Of a DNA stretch of 36,780 bases, positions 12,801 to 23,384 are shown piece after piece; positions within the stretch are counted from its first letter, which is position 1, and every line of letters begins with the position of its first letter. A program made the translations under genes and the position numbers. Source of the DNA: Nemertoderma westbladi. Lineage: Eukaryota > Animalia > Xenacoelomorpha. The notes beneath the pieces were generated by a model that had not been told where the DNA came from, made no database searches, and saw only the letters and a program-made list of their open reading frames with translations. The DNA is taken from positions 1 to 36,780 of the forward strand of contig JAUCBJ010006621.1 of assembly GCA_032718475.1 (NCBI GenBank), read 5' to 3'.

Positions 12801-15800
12801 GGCGGGAAATACTCTATACAGTAAATTACAACTTTTTAACCTCCAAAGACTAGGCCAAGAATGTTGAACAGCAAACGGAGCTGTACCTGCTAACACTTTA
12901 GAGCCGGCAACAGTACACATTACATATACATACTACATACTTATCCATATCCACTCTGCCTCCACTTAATTTCACTCTTAATTATAATTACACTTTATTC
13001 GAACTCAAGACAAGATGCTTCTTTCTTACAGTCTTAATAAAAGCCGAACCCACCTACTAGACTACCATTACTAAACCACCTACTAGACTGAGCTGCTAGA
13101 TATACTTTCTAATCATATTTAGACCTACTTCCATCCCCTGCTACACTACATACTGTACATATGTTCTATATTGAATTAAATATATTTTGTAGTGTTTTGG
13201 TTATTAATACTCATGACACGCGGAATCAGCTTGAGTGGAAAGTTCAGTCCCACTTCTCGGATATTGTCTCAGTGGATAAATGTGATAGTGCTCCACTCTC
13301 ATGCGGTAAACTTTCTGTTAACAATTGCTAAGTAGTGAAGAAATACTGTACATCTCTGAACTACTACTACTACTACTATAATCGGCCTGCTGCATTGCCG
13401 TCTTATCAAAAACATTTTGTCACCACCACCACCATGCAATCCACCAATGCAGCATGCATTAAGAATGCTATGCTAAACGTAAGGGAGAGGCATGGGCTGG
13501 AGAGTATTGGATGTTCTTTCCAGAATTTCGAAGTCACACTTCACACAGAATTCATCGGAAACCTTAGGTCCGATTATTTAGAGCAGCATTAGTTCCAGTA
13601 CTCCTGTATGGGAGTCCATGCTGGGCTCTAACTGCTGAGGTCACTAAATCTCTGGAGGGCACTTTTACACGAATGCTACGCCGGGTTCATTGTGTCCAGT
13701 ACAATACACACATCTCCAACCAGACACTATATAACATTGGAGGTGTCCCATTGGTTCCCCCAAGCTTAACAATAGAACAAAGCCACCTCCGCTTTGCAGG
13801 ACATTGCTTTCGCCGTGATGACCAGCCTGTGCACAATCTTGTATTTTGGCAGCCCCATGGAAAGAATATGCATGGTGGATAGCCCGTGACTATCGTGAAA
13901 CCCTGACTTGAATAGCCCATTGGTTGGTATCAAGTAGATGCTTCGAGATTCACATAAGTTAACATATACCTTTTACATGTCCATATAATGCTATGTTTAT
14001 AAACGAAAAGGACCAAGGAGGCTTCCTCCTTCAGTCTTTGTTCTTCTATCTTCATTCTTTCTTCAGTCCAAGGGAAGGGACTATGAAAAATGGGCTGAGA
14101 CCCTTTTTTGATGACTTTCGCAAAAGTCATGGGGGGGGGGGGGGGTAGGAGGTGGTAGCGGTGCAACTTTGGTGATAAGCTGGCATAGAATTCTTAATTC
14201 ATGCTGCATTGTGCTTGCCAATTGTGGATTACATGGTGGTGACAAAATGTTTCTGATAGCTGGCATAGCATCTCAATGTGCAGTTTCAATGCAGCAGGCC
14301 GATTATAGTAGTAGTAGTATTAGTGATATATTTCTTCACTATTGAGCGGTTGTTAACAGAAAGTTTACCGAATGAGAGCGGAGCACTATTACTGTTATCC
14401 ACTGAGACAAGATTCGTAAAGTGGAGTTGAACTTTCCACTGAAGCTGATTCCGCTCTAGTGTCATGAGATTTAATAACAAAAACACTACAAAATACAGTA
14501 TATTATATAGGGTAATTAAGACTGAAATTAAGTGGAGGCAGAGTGGATATGGATGTTGGATAAGTATGTAATGTGTACTGCTGCCGGCATTACATGAAGT
14601 GTTAGCAGGTACAGCTCCGTTTGCAGTTCAACAGTTGGCCTAATCTTTGGAAGTTAAAAAGTTGTAATTTATACAGCATTTCCGGCCATGGTGGATTTGG
14701 GTTGGTAAATGAGGATCTGCTACCCACAGTCTAACAGGGGGATAAACGTTACGCCTACACTTACACCCACGCCCCCAGACGCCTACAAAAACTTACACAC
14801 GCGTACACACATATGTACCGTCGTGCTGGTAAGCCAATACATCTGACCGTTGATCCTCAAACAGCTGATTCTAAATTAAACTAACCTGCCTACAAGTAGG
14901 TGTAGGTGTAAGTGGAGGCGGAGCGTTTACCCCCCGACTAACAGTTAATAATTACAATTACATTTTTTCAAAAAGGATGTTTGTTTGCACTATTTGTGCG
15001 GGGGTCTTGCATTGTAAAACATTTGGAAAGAGGTGTTTTTTGCGGTTTTATGTCATTTCAGACACAATGGGAAAATTCATATTAAAAAAAAATTATGTCT
15101 AAATTATTTCATTTTACATAGTTTTATAAAACATTGCACTAATTGTGCGGGGGTCATGCAGTGTGAACATTTTTAAAAGTTGTGGTTTTTGTGATTTTAG
15201 GCCATTTCAGACACTTCTGGCACTGGGAAAAGTCATATTTAAAAAAAAAATTTATTTCTAAATGAATTAATTTTACATAGTTTTGTAAAAAATGTTGTTT
15301 GTTTGAACTAATTGTGCGGGGGTCATGCATTGTCAAAAATTGGGATAGTTATGTTTTTTTGTGGTTATGGGCCATTTCAGACACTTCTGGCACTGGGAAA
15401 AGTCATATTTAAAAAAAAAATTTCTTTCTAAATGAATTAATTTTACATAGTTTTGTAAAAAATGTTGTTTGTTTGAACTAATTGGGCGGGGGTCATGCAT
15501 TGTCAAAAATTGGGATAGTGATGTTTTGTTGTGGTTTTAGGCAATTTCACACATTTCTAACATAGGGAAAAGTTACATTTCCAAAAAATTTTTTTTTCGA
15601 TCTACCCTAGTGAGTACTCTGTGAAACAGGTGAGTACTCTGTGAAACAGGTGAGTACTCTGTGAAACAGGTGAGTACTCTGTGAAACAGGTGAGTACTCT
15701 GTGAAACAGGTGAGTACTCTGTGAAACAGGTGAGTACTCTGTGAAACAGGTGAGTACTCTGTGAAACAGGTGAGTACTCTGTGAAACAGGTGAGTACTCT

Positions 15801-18708
15801 GTGAAACAGGTGAGTACTCTGAAACAGGTGTGAACTCTGTGAAACAGGTGTGTACTCTGTGAAACAGGTGTGTACTCTGTGAAACAGGTGAGTACTCCGT
15901 GAAACAGGTGAGTACTCTGTGAAACAGGTGAATACTCTGTGAAACAGGTGAGTACTCTGTGAAACAGGTGAGTACTGTGTGAAACAGGTGAGTACTCTGT
16001 GAAACAGGTGAGTACTCTGTGAAACAGGTGAGTACTCTGTGAAACAGGTGTGTACTCTGTGAAACAGGTGAGTGCTCTGTGAAACAGGTGAGTACTATGT
16101 GAAACAGGTGCGTACTCTGTGAAACAGGTGTGTACTCTGTGAAACAAGTGAGTACTCTGTGAAACAGGTGAGTACTCTGCGAAACAGGTGAGTACTCTGT
16201 GAAACAGGTGAGTACTCTGTGAAACAGGTGAGTACTCTGTGAAACAGGTGAGTACTCTGTGAAACAGGTGAGTACTCTGTGAAACAGGTGTGTACTCTGT
16301 GAAACAGGTGAGTACTCTGTGAAACAGGTGAGTACTCTGTGAAACAGGTGAGTACTCTGTGAAACAGGTGTGTACTCTGGGAAACAGGTGAGTAATCTGT
16401 GAAACAGGTGTGTACTCTGTGAAACAGGTGTGTACTCTGTGAAACAGGTGAGTACTCTGTGAAACAGGTGTGTACTCTGTGAAACAGGTGTGTACTCTGT
16501 GAAACAGGTGTTTTCTCTGTGAAACAGGTGTTTTCTCTGTGAAACAGGTGAGTACTCTGTGAAACAGGTCAGTACTCTGTGAAACAGGTCAGTACTCTGT
16601 GAAACAGGTGTGTGCTCTGTGAAACAGGTGTGTACTCTGTGAAACAGGTGAGTACTCTGTGAAACAGGTGAGTACTCTGTGAAACAGGTGAGTACTCTGT
16701 GAAACAGGTGAGTACTCTGTGAAACAGGTGAGTACACTGTGAAACAGGTGAGTACTCTGTGAAACAGGTGAGTACTCTGTGAAACAGGTGAGTACTCTGC
16801 GAAACAGGTGAGTACTCTGTGAAACAGGTGAGTGCTCTGTGAAACAGGTTAGTACTCTGTGAAACAGGTGTGTACTCTGTGAAACAGGTGAGTACTCTGT
16901 GAAACAGGTGAGTACTCTGTGAAACAGGTTAGTACTCTGTGAAACAGGTGTGTACTCTGTGAAACAGGTTAGTACTCTGTCAAACAGGTGAGTACTCTGT
17001 GAAACAGGTGTGTACTCTGTGAAACAGGTGAGTACTCTGTGAAACAGGTGAGTACTCTGTGAAACAGGTGAGTACTCTGCGAAACAGGTGAGTACTCTGT
17101 GAAACAGGTGAGTACTCTGTGAAACAGGTGAGTACTCTGTGAAACAGGTTAGTACTCTGTGAAACAGGTGTGTACTCTGTGAAACAGGTTAGTACTCTGT
17201 GAAACAGGTGAGTACTCTGTGAAACAGGTGTGTACTCTGTGAAACAGGTGAGTACTCTGTGAAACAGGTGAGTACTCTGTGAAACAGGTGAGTACTCTGT
17301 GAAACAGGTGAGTACTCTGTGAAACAGGTGTGTATTCGGTACAATCAGGTGTCTATTCAGTACAATCAGGGGGGAGTATTCGGTACAAACAGGTGTCTAT
17401 TCAGTACAATCAGGGGGGAGTATTCGGTACAATCAGGTGTGTATTCGGTACAATCAGGTGTGTATTCGATACAATCAGAATAAAATACCAATTATGCGGT
17501 CATATTTATAGGCGACACGGGCAATACGGAATACCTAAAATATGCTACTATCAAACAGATTTAGGTGACAACAGATTAAGAGGGGGTATACCCCCCCATG
17601 AACCTTTTTTTAAAATGGCTGTCAATTAGTGTTAAATGATAATATTGCTATTTTGTCACGGTCAACCACTGTATGGAAGGCCAAATAGCCTTTATAGTAA
17701 AATGTGAAAATTTGTAGGCTCCCCCTAGCGGCTGGTGGCGGAATTAAAGATTTCACTAAAATTGCTACTAGTCCCTCAATTTTGGTCCAAATTTCTTGAA
17801 ACCAACTTTTTTGGACTCAGCGTGATCGAATCTACAAAAGTTATCTTATAGAATTTTTAATTAGCCAATTTTATCTTAATTGATTAATTTAATTAATTAA
17901 TTATCATACTTTTAATTAAAAATGGCTAATTAGAAAAAGTGGTAATATTTATCAAAATTCCATAAGATAACTTTTAAAGAGCTTGCAAAGCTCGTTCGAA
18001 TGAGCCATAAACGAAGAAAATTGGTTGAAAAATGGCGGAGGAGTAGTAATTTGAAAATGAAAAATATCATTCCGAGAAAATGCCCCTCAAAGTTTAAACC
18101 GTCCCGCCAAAATTGGCTGTCTGTGTTCTGGTTGGTTAATTATTTCCGGCACGAAGGATGCACACCAACGAGCTAAAATATTCATTACGGGGGTTTTCGG
18201 GGTCGCTGATTTCATTTCCGATGTCAGTTTTGTGGAATCTAGTCTATCTGTCTGTCTGTTGGTCTTCTGTCTTTCTTACAATTTGACAGACAGATCGTCA
18301 TACGGAAAAACAGTGATAACTCGAGAACTGAAAGAGGTCTCACTAAGCGGTTTTCAGATTTGTAATCCTCTTTAAATTCTGCTCTAGGTGAAATAAAGAA
18401 ACAATAATTTGAAAATTTTACCTGAGGGGGGGTATACCCCCCCCCCCCCCCCCCCCCCCCCTTAAACAACCAATGACAGGAAAGCAATAAGAGACTCTGA
18501 CAATCGACAATTTTATTTACCCAAATCGATAACAATTTCTATCGTTTGTTTATTTTAGGTCCGTAAGTTAATCGACAGTTGTGCGTTCGGGATCTACGCT
18601 CATTGGGTGAAGAAAGGGCAAGACCAGAATCGGGCTGCGTTGTTCGAGAATCGAGCGAAGATCGAACTGAGAGTGAACGAAGGAGGTCGTGGGTTCGGCT
18701 TCCTGTAG
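6575..18708 (+). CDS. PHKG: Phosphorylase kinase catalytic gamma subunit, spliced CDS join(6575..6802,7155..7315,7415..7529,9454..9761,9948..10037,12032..12182,18559..18708), 400 aa
   Basis: The exons join in frame through GT-AG introns (1203 nt including stop). Kinase motifs present: [39 protein letters not shown]. PhK-gamma-type signatures: [27 protein letters not shown], and the C-terminal calmodulin-binding region DPY...[24 protein letters not shown]. Confidence 0.95.
7155..7315 (+). CDS. PHKG: PHKG coding exon 2 ([53 protein letters not shown]), not in the ORF track
   Basis: Acceptor ttattctag, HPNII and GELFDY motifs, donor AAG|GTAACT, phase 2. Confidence 0.92.
7415..7529 (+). CDS. PHKG: PHKG coding exon 3 (catalytic loop HRDLKPEN)
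   Basis: Acceptor tatcag, donor AAG|GTAACG, phase 0. Confidence 0.92.
7555..9465 (+). repeat. 35-bp tandem array spanning the intron-3/exon-4 junction, in two blocks (~7555-7872 and ~8313-9465)
   Basis: Unit ATATTACGATAATGTTTCTACAG|GTGTCCGACTTT with 37-38 bp variants; about 9 + 32 copies, separated by a ~440-bp unrelated insert. Confidence 0.95.
9454..9761 (+). CDS. PHKG: PHKG coding exon 4 (VSDFG...APE...AKDVVQ)
   Basis: Acceptor ttccacag is the last unit of the 35-bp array; DFG and APE motifs; donor GAG|GTCTGT, phase 2. Confidence 0.9.
9948..10037 (+). CDS. PHKG: PHKG coding exon 5 ([21 protein letters not shown]...)
   Basis: Acceptor ctttcatcttag, kinase subdomain XI, donor CAG|GTGAGT, phase 2. 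Confidence 0.92.
10115..11900. repeat. 20-bp minisatellite in intron 5 with a 137-bp higher-order block
   Basis: Unit CCAACACTGCCAGCTGCCAC; marker CTACCTTTTTAGCAAC recurs near 10962, 11099, 11236 and 11516. Confidence 0.95.
12032..12182 (+). CDS. PHKG: PHKG coding exon 6 ([17 protein letters not shown]...SDPYSVKQ)
   Basis: Strong polypyrimidine acceptor tttttcctccttttcag; resembles the PhK-gamma regulatory tail; donor CAG|GTGAGT is the first unit of the 20-bp array, phase 0. Confidence 0.9.
13545..13900 (+). mobile_element. Degraded RTE-clade LINE fragment (region C-terminal to the RT core)
   Basis: Encodes [14 protein letters not shown]...[11 protein letters not shown]...[10 protein letters not shown]...LVFWQPHG; same family as 26639-27131. 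Confidence 0.75.
14737..14935. mobile_element. ~200-bp MITE inserted in the right arm of the hAT-like element
   Basis: TIR GGGGGATAAACG...CGTTTACCCCCC (~34 bp, imperfect); 8-9 bp duplication GTCTAACA(G)/GACTAACA(G); absent from the left arm. Confidence 0.8.
17330..17478 (+). repeat. Diverged ~21-bp repeat closing the donor array
   Basis: Unit GTGTGTATTCGGTACAATCAG, about 7 copies, most retaining CAG|GT. Confidence 0.8.
17580..18461. mobile_element. TTAA-flanked non-autonomous element (Kolobok-like)
   Basis: TTAA at 17576-17579 and 18462-18465; both ends carry a GGGGG-TATA-CCCCC palindrome; purine start. Superfamily is inferred only. Confidence 0.6.
18559..18708 (+). CDS. PHKG: PHKG terminal coding exon 7 ([31 protein letters not shown]...GFL*)
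   Basis: Acceptor tttattttag, conserved [15 protein letters not shown] motif, TAG stop at 18706-18708. Confidence 0.92.
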   Translation, partial: VRKLIDSCAFGIYAHWVKKGQDQNRAALFENRAKIELRVNEGGRGFGFL

Positions 18709-18716
18709 ATCTACGC

Positions 18717-19435
18717 CGGCTGGATGGTGCACGGAGGAGGCTGGATGGTGCACGGAGGAGGCTGGGTGGTGAACGGAGGAGGCTGTGTGGTGCCCGGAGG
18801 AGGCTGGGTGGTGCCCGGGAGAGACTGGATGGTGCATGGAGAAGGCTGGATGGTGCACGGAGGAGACTGGGTGGTGCACGGATGAGGCTGGGTGGTGCAT
18901 GGAGGAGCCTGGATGGTGCACGGAGAAGACTGGGTGGTGCACGGAGGAGACTGGGTGGTGCCCGGAGGAGGCTGGGGGGTGCATGGAGGAGGCTGGGTGG
19001 TGCACGGAGGAGGCTGGGTGGTGCACGGAGGAGGCTGGGTGGTGCACGGAGGAGGCTGGGTGGTGCACGGAGGAGGCTGGGTGGTGCCCGGGAGAGACTG
19101 GATGGTGCACGGAGGAGGCTGGGTGGTGCACGGAGGAGGCTGGGTGGTGCACGGAGGAGGCTGGGTGGTGCCCGGAGGAGGCTGGGTGGTGCACGGAGGA
19201 GGCTGGGTGGTGCACGGAGGAGGCTGGATGGTGCACGGAGGAGGCTGGGTGGTGCCCGGGAGAGACTGGATGGTGCACGGAGGAGGCTGGATGGTGCACG
19301 GAGGAGACTGGGTGGTGCACGGATGAGGCTGGGGGGTGCATGGAGGAGCCTGGATGGTGCACGGAGAAGGGTGGATGGTGCACGGAGGAGACTGGGTGGT
19401 GCACGGATGAGGCTGGGTGGTGCACGGAAGAGGCA
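18717..19435 (+). repeat. 21-bp G-rich minisatellite immediately after the PHKG stop codon
   Basis: Unit GGAGGAGGCTGGGTGGTGCAC, about 34 copies with recurring variant blocks. Confidence 0.95.
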
Positions 19436-19906
19436 GTGGCTCCTCTCAGATCTGTTAGTCACGTGTTGGACTTTTAGTTATTCAATATTCCCATTTTGGG
19501 CTTTCGTATTTTATTTGAGTGAGTTTTTAATTCTTTCTTTATTGCAGCACAATGCACAAACGATTGTCCTTTTCAGTCTTCTATGACGTTCTAGGTATTA
19601 GGCCTATCTACCTACCTGTCTGCTGGTCGTAAGGTTCATTTTATATTCGGATGATAGCGAAACGGCCAGCTGAGATGAAAAGCCAATATTTTTGGTGCAA
19701 AACTTCCGTTTTTTGAGAATTATTTTTTATCCTGTACTGTACATACCCCCAGACCCAACGTGTATAAACTCAAGTATCAGTGTATCTATATTTGGGTTGT
19801 TGAACTTCTTTATCACAGACAATCATTCGTCACTATTATTATTATTATTATTATACTAAGAGACAGGTTCGAATCTTCGAACGTATTTATTCATTCACCG
19901 TAATCC

Positions 19907-20485
19907 TAGTCGGCGAGCCTTGGCATACGGTTCATATAGGGCAAATGGGGCATGTCCGTCTGTCTGTCTGTCTGTCCGTCCTGTCTGTCTGGTAAATGTT
20001 TGAACGCGAATTTCTCTGCATCGCTGGTTCGGAATTGAACCAAACTTAGTAGGTAAGTAGTAGAGAGAAAGTTTAGAAAGTTTGTAAAGTTTGGTGAAAA
20101 ATCATGCAGTCTGACGTCAGCTACGACAGATTATGTGGTTTTTAGAAAATGTTAAATTTCTCGGGAAGGCCTCATTTTCCTGAGCTGAAATTTTGGTGGC
20201 CTGTAGAGAATCATGAAGTCTATCTTTTACGAAATTGAAAAGTTAAGACATTTAATTGGGGATCCGCTAGAGACTCAGAAGTAATGACATAGGCCTACCG
20301 GTACGGTACTGCTGTACAGTGCTGCACTGGTAAGTACGAAATTGCAGAATAACAATTTGACACCACCTAGCGGATTAACATATGATTGTATATCGAATGA
20401 ATACATTTATAGCATGGGATATGGGGTCCAAACTAGACATGCCCCATTTGCTCTATATGAACCGTATGCCAAGGCTTGCCGACTA
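19907..20485. mobile_element. Inverted-repeat element with internal (GTCT/GTCC)n microsatellite (MITE or HINE/Helentron-like)
   Basis: About 48-bp IR TAGTCGGCGAGCCTTGGCATACGGTTCATATAGGGCAAATGGGGCATGTC, with its reverse complement ending at 20485; GTCY microsatellite directly after the left IR. Confidence 0.75.
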
Positions 20486-22728
20486 CGTGCTGCGCGAAGT
20501 CCCCACGAACGTGTACTTGTTTGTCTAAGACGACCTCGGATTTTTGTATTATTTTGAGACAAACAGCCGTTGAAACTACTTTTACTCAAAATATAAATTT
20601 ACTTTCTATTCGGGACGCTTTTTAAATAGTTTCGTTTTTTAAAAGACCTAATTGTTTTTGTTTGTCAGGTAGAAACTTTCACATAATATGTTGTGCATTT
20701 TTATTAATTTAACAGACCCGGGATTTATTGTGGGGTTACAGTTAGAGAGAACGTGCCTTTATGAGATCTGCGACTTAGCCCCATTACTATTTAGCGTATT
20801 AAACTCAATAAACTGTTATACTTATCAACCAATTCACTTACTAATAATTTCTAACGTTTTATTTTTTTGTTTTTTTTTTAATTCGCTACTCATTCGCTTA
20901 ACGTTACACCCCTTTGTGCTTTTGCTCACAGTATCTTTATATGGGCGTTGAACATTTTTTTTGATATATTTTTTGTATATATGTATCGATGGGAAGTAAG
21001 GCATTCCCAAATGTGTAAATATTTTAAATTTCCGGTATATAAAGACCCACCTCATATATGTTCGCGAATTGGTTAATTAATTATTGTTTGTATAAATCAG
21101 TTTTGTTCAGTTCTAAAATGTTTACGGATTCGGAATTAGTTTTATTCTGTAAACTTTGTTGGCTATTCATTAATTTTCTTGAGGTAGTGAGTTCGAATAT
21201 TGGATAATAAATATTGTAAAATTCTAACGAAATTATTCATAAAATATTAAAGATGTGACTACAAAATAACATAAGGTTTTTATCGCCAAAAAAATCAAGA
21301 GAAAAAATAATAACAAAAAAAAAGTTCGGTTATTCGATTTACAATTATTCATCACTGTAAATATTTTACTATTAGAATAAAAAAGTTCCACTTGATCAGA
21401 AACACTAAAAAAATCAATCATCTAGATTCGAACTTTAATTAATTAATTAATTAATTAGGGTATCACAATAAGCCATTAGGAATTATAATATCACTTAATG
21501 TTGTTTATTTTGTAACACAAAGTGCGACTAGCTCATTTGGCTGGCAGTTTCCCACCCATCCTGTTCTCTTTGACACAAACTATGCCGCTGATATTGTATT
21601 ATGTTATTTGTAGTTATTTTTCATCTTGTTATTTAATTTTTTCTAATCAATGGTTATACTTTTTTAGTCCGAAGCTGCGATCAAAACCATTCGCCCCATT
21701 ATCCACTTCCGTTTCAATAGAACTTAAACTTAGTTTGTACTCGAACTTCTCTACACAATGAAGCTCTGGGCTATTGGCTAAAAGATTTTACGCCATTGAA
21801 ACCATTTATTTCCATAACTAGCTAGACTCGCTTCGCTCTACCATAACTAAAGGACTTTTTCAACTAATTTAAAAATTACTAAAATAATTATATGTTTTTG
21901 GAAGATTTTAAGCCTCTTATAAAAGTCCACGGACAAACGTAACAAAGTATAACTCATTGAAATACCTGTGCATTAACAGTTTGTTAATTAATTTAAAGCT
22001 ACATTTCATAGAGTCACTAGATATTTTATGCTTAAAATAAATTTTCCCTGTGCGACTAACTTTATTAATTCATGGTTTATATTATAATTTTAATGTTGTG
22101 TATTTTATTTATGGCTATAATTTCATTATTACTTTATTTAATGTTCTTTCTTGTAATATTAGATGCATTTATAGCTCATTCGTTTCGTGCAGTTCCTTTT
22201 CATAATTATTTTAATATTAAATTAAATGTGTTCTTCTCAAAATGGCCATCATTTCAATACCGTAATGATTTTATTGACACTAAATTTCTGAGTTTCGGTT
22301 TGAGTAACCTAAGACAGGTTTGAGTTAGTAAGAGTTGGGTAAGAGAAAAGGTACCCAGTTTGAGAAACGGTATCTAGAATGAGATAGGGACTGTATGACG
22401 GACAAACCGAAACTGAAATGAATGTACCAAAGAATACCCTATAATATTTAAGCCCAGACGTGCCGGACACTTCCTTTCACGCCACGACACAGTTTATCCT
22501 TATTTTACAGGTCTGTAGTGCGAATTTCCTACGGACTGGGAATTAGAGGCCTACCGCGTAACATTCACCTTAATAATGCGATAAATATGCGCTGTGAATG
22601 AGACATACCGGCACTGTATAATACTGTACGTTTGACATAAACTTTATATAAACAAGCTCTAATGATACTGCTTTACAAATATAGGCCTACTGCACATGAA
22701 TCTTCTTCTGTGTTTGTGTCTTTCTACA

Positions 22729-22946
22729 GGGTCTGAGTAAAACGCGGATCCGGATCCGGATTCTACATTTAACATTGTCCCCACGGAAGTCGATTTTTTT
22801 ACATTTTTATAACTCCCAAAAATAAAACCATAACCTGTTCTATTGACTTTAGTTTATTGTTTTGGTTAAAATAACGTGTCACTGTAACCTGCTCCTTTCC
22901 CTTAATTGATAATTTAGGAATCCGGATCCGCGTTTTACACCAACCC
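22729..22946. mobile_element. Mutator-like MITE
   Basis: GGG...GTAAAACGCGGATCCGGA / TCCGGATCCGCGTTTTAC...CCC; exact 9-bp TSD CTTTCTACA (22720-22728 and 22947-22955). Confidence 0.85.
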
Positions 22947-22988
22947 CTTTCTACATTCGATTTTGCACTTTGACGCTCAACCAATTAA

Positions 22989-23384
22989 AGCACCATGTTC
23001 GTTAGCAAAAGTTGTATAAAAATGTTCACAAGTTATATAAAAATTTACAAAAGTTTTATTAAAAGCTGTATAAAAATTCTTAAAAGGTTGTATCAAAATT
23101 TCAAAAAGTTATGGAAAGTCATCCGATTGTATATTATCATCCTAATGATGTAGGCCTATTCTAGAATATTTATAAACGCAGTACTGTAGTTAATTAACTT
23201 TTGCAAATTTTCATATAACTTTTACGAATTTTCATATAACTTTTACGAATTTTTATATAACTTTTACGAATTTTTATATAACTTTTACGAATTTTTATAT
23301 AACTTTTAATTTAGTATAAGTTTTGAAAATTTCTATATAACTTTTATGAATATTTATACAGCTTTTGCTAACGAAGATGGTGCT
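22989..23384. mobile_element. MITE with inverted internal 21-bp subrepeats
   Basis: TIR AGCACCATGTTCGTTAGCAAAAG / CTTTTGCTAACGAAGATGGTGCT; internal (AACTTTTACGAATTTTTATAT)n. Confidence 0.75.

Larger units (their letters stand above)
12391..15609. mobile_element. Non-autonomous hAT-like element with long (~600 bp) inverted arms, inserted in the donor array
   Basis: Termini TAGGGTAGATCGAAAAAAAA...TTTTTTTTCGATCTACCCTA; 8-bp TSD GTGAGTAC (12383-12390 and 15610-15617), confirmed by the shift in array register. Arms ~12391-12985 and ~14512-15609; the right arm has an internal duplication and an insertion. Confidence 0.9.
12168..17330 (+). repeat. 20-bp tandem array of the exon-6/intron-6 junction (blocks 12168-12390 and 15610-17330)
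   Basis: Unit TACTCTGTGAAACAG|GTGAG; about 11 + 86 copies, split by a TIR element. Confidence 0.95.

Noticed and set aside
15602-16737. Minus-strand ORFs of 181 and 376 aa ([20 protein letters not shown] repeats)
   Set aside because: They are the antisense reading of the donor array.
7530-18558. Introns 3 and 6 created wholly by AG|GT tandem duplication
   Set aside because: The intron-3 donor (GTAACG) and the intron-6 acceptor (TTTATTTTAG) do not match the repeat units, so expansion of existing introns is more likely.
18539-19586. Arg/Gly- and His/Pro-rich ORFs
   Set aside because: They are produced by the 21-bp minisatellite; the real coding frame ends at TAG 18708.
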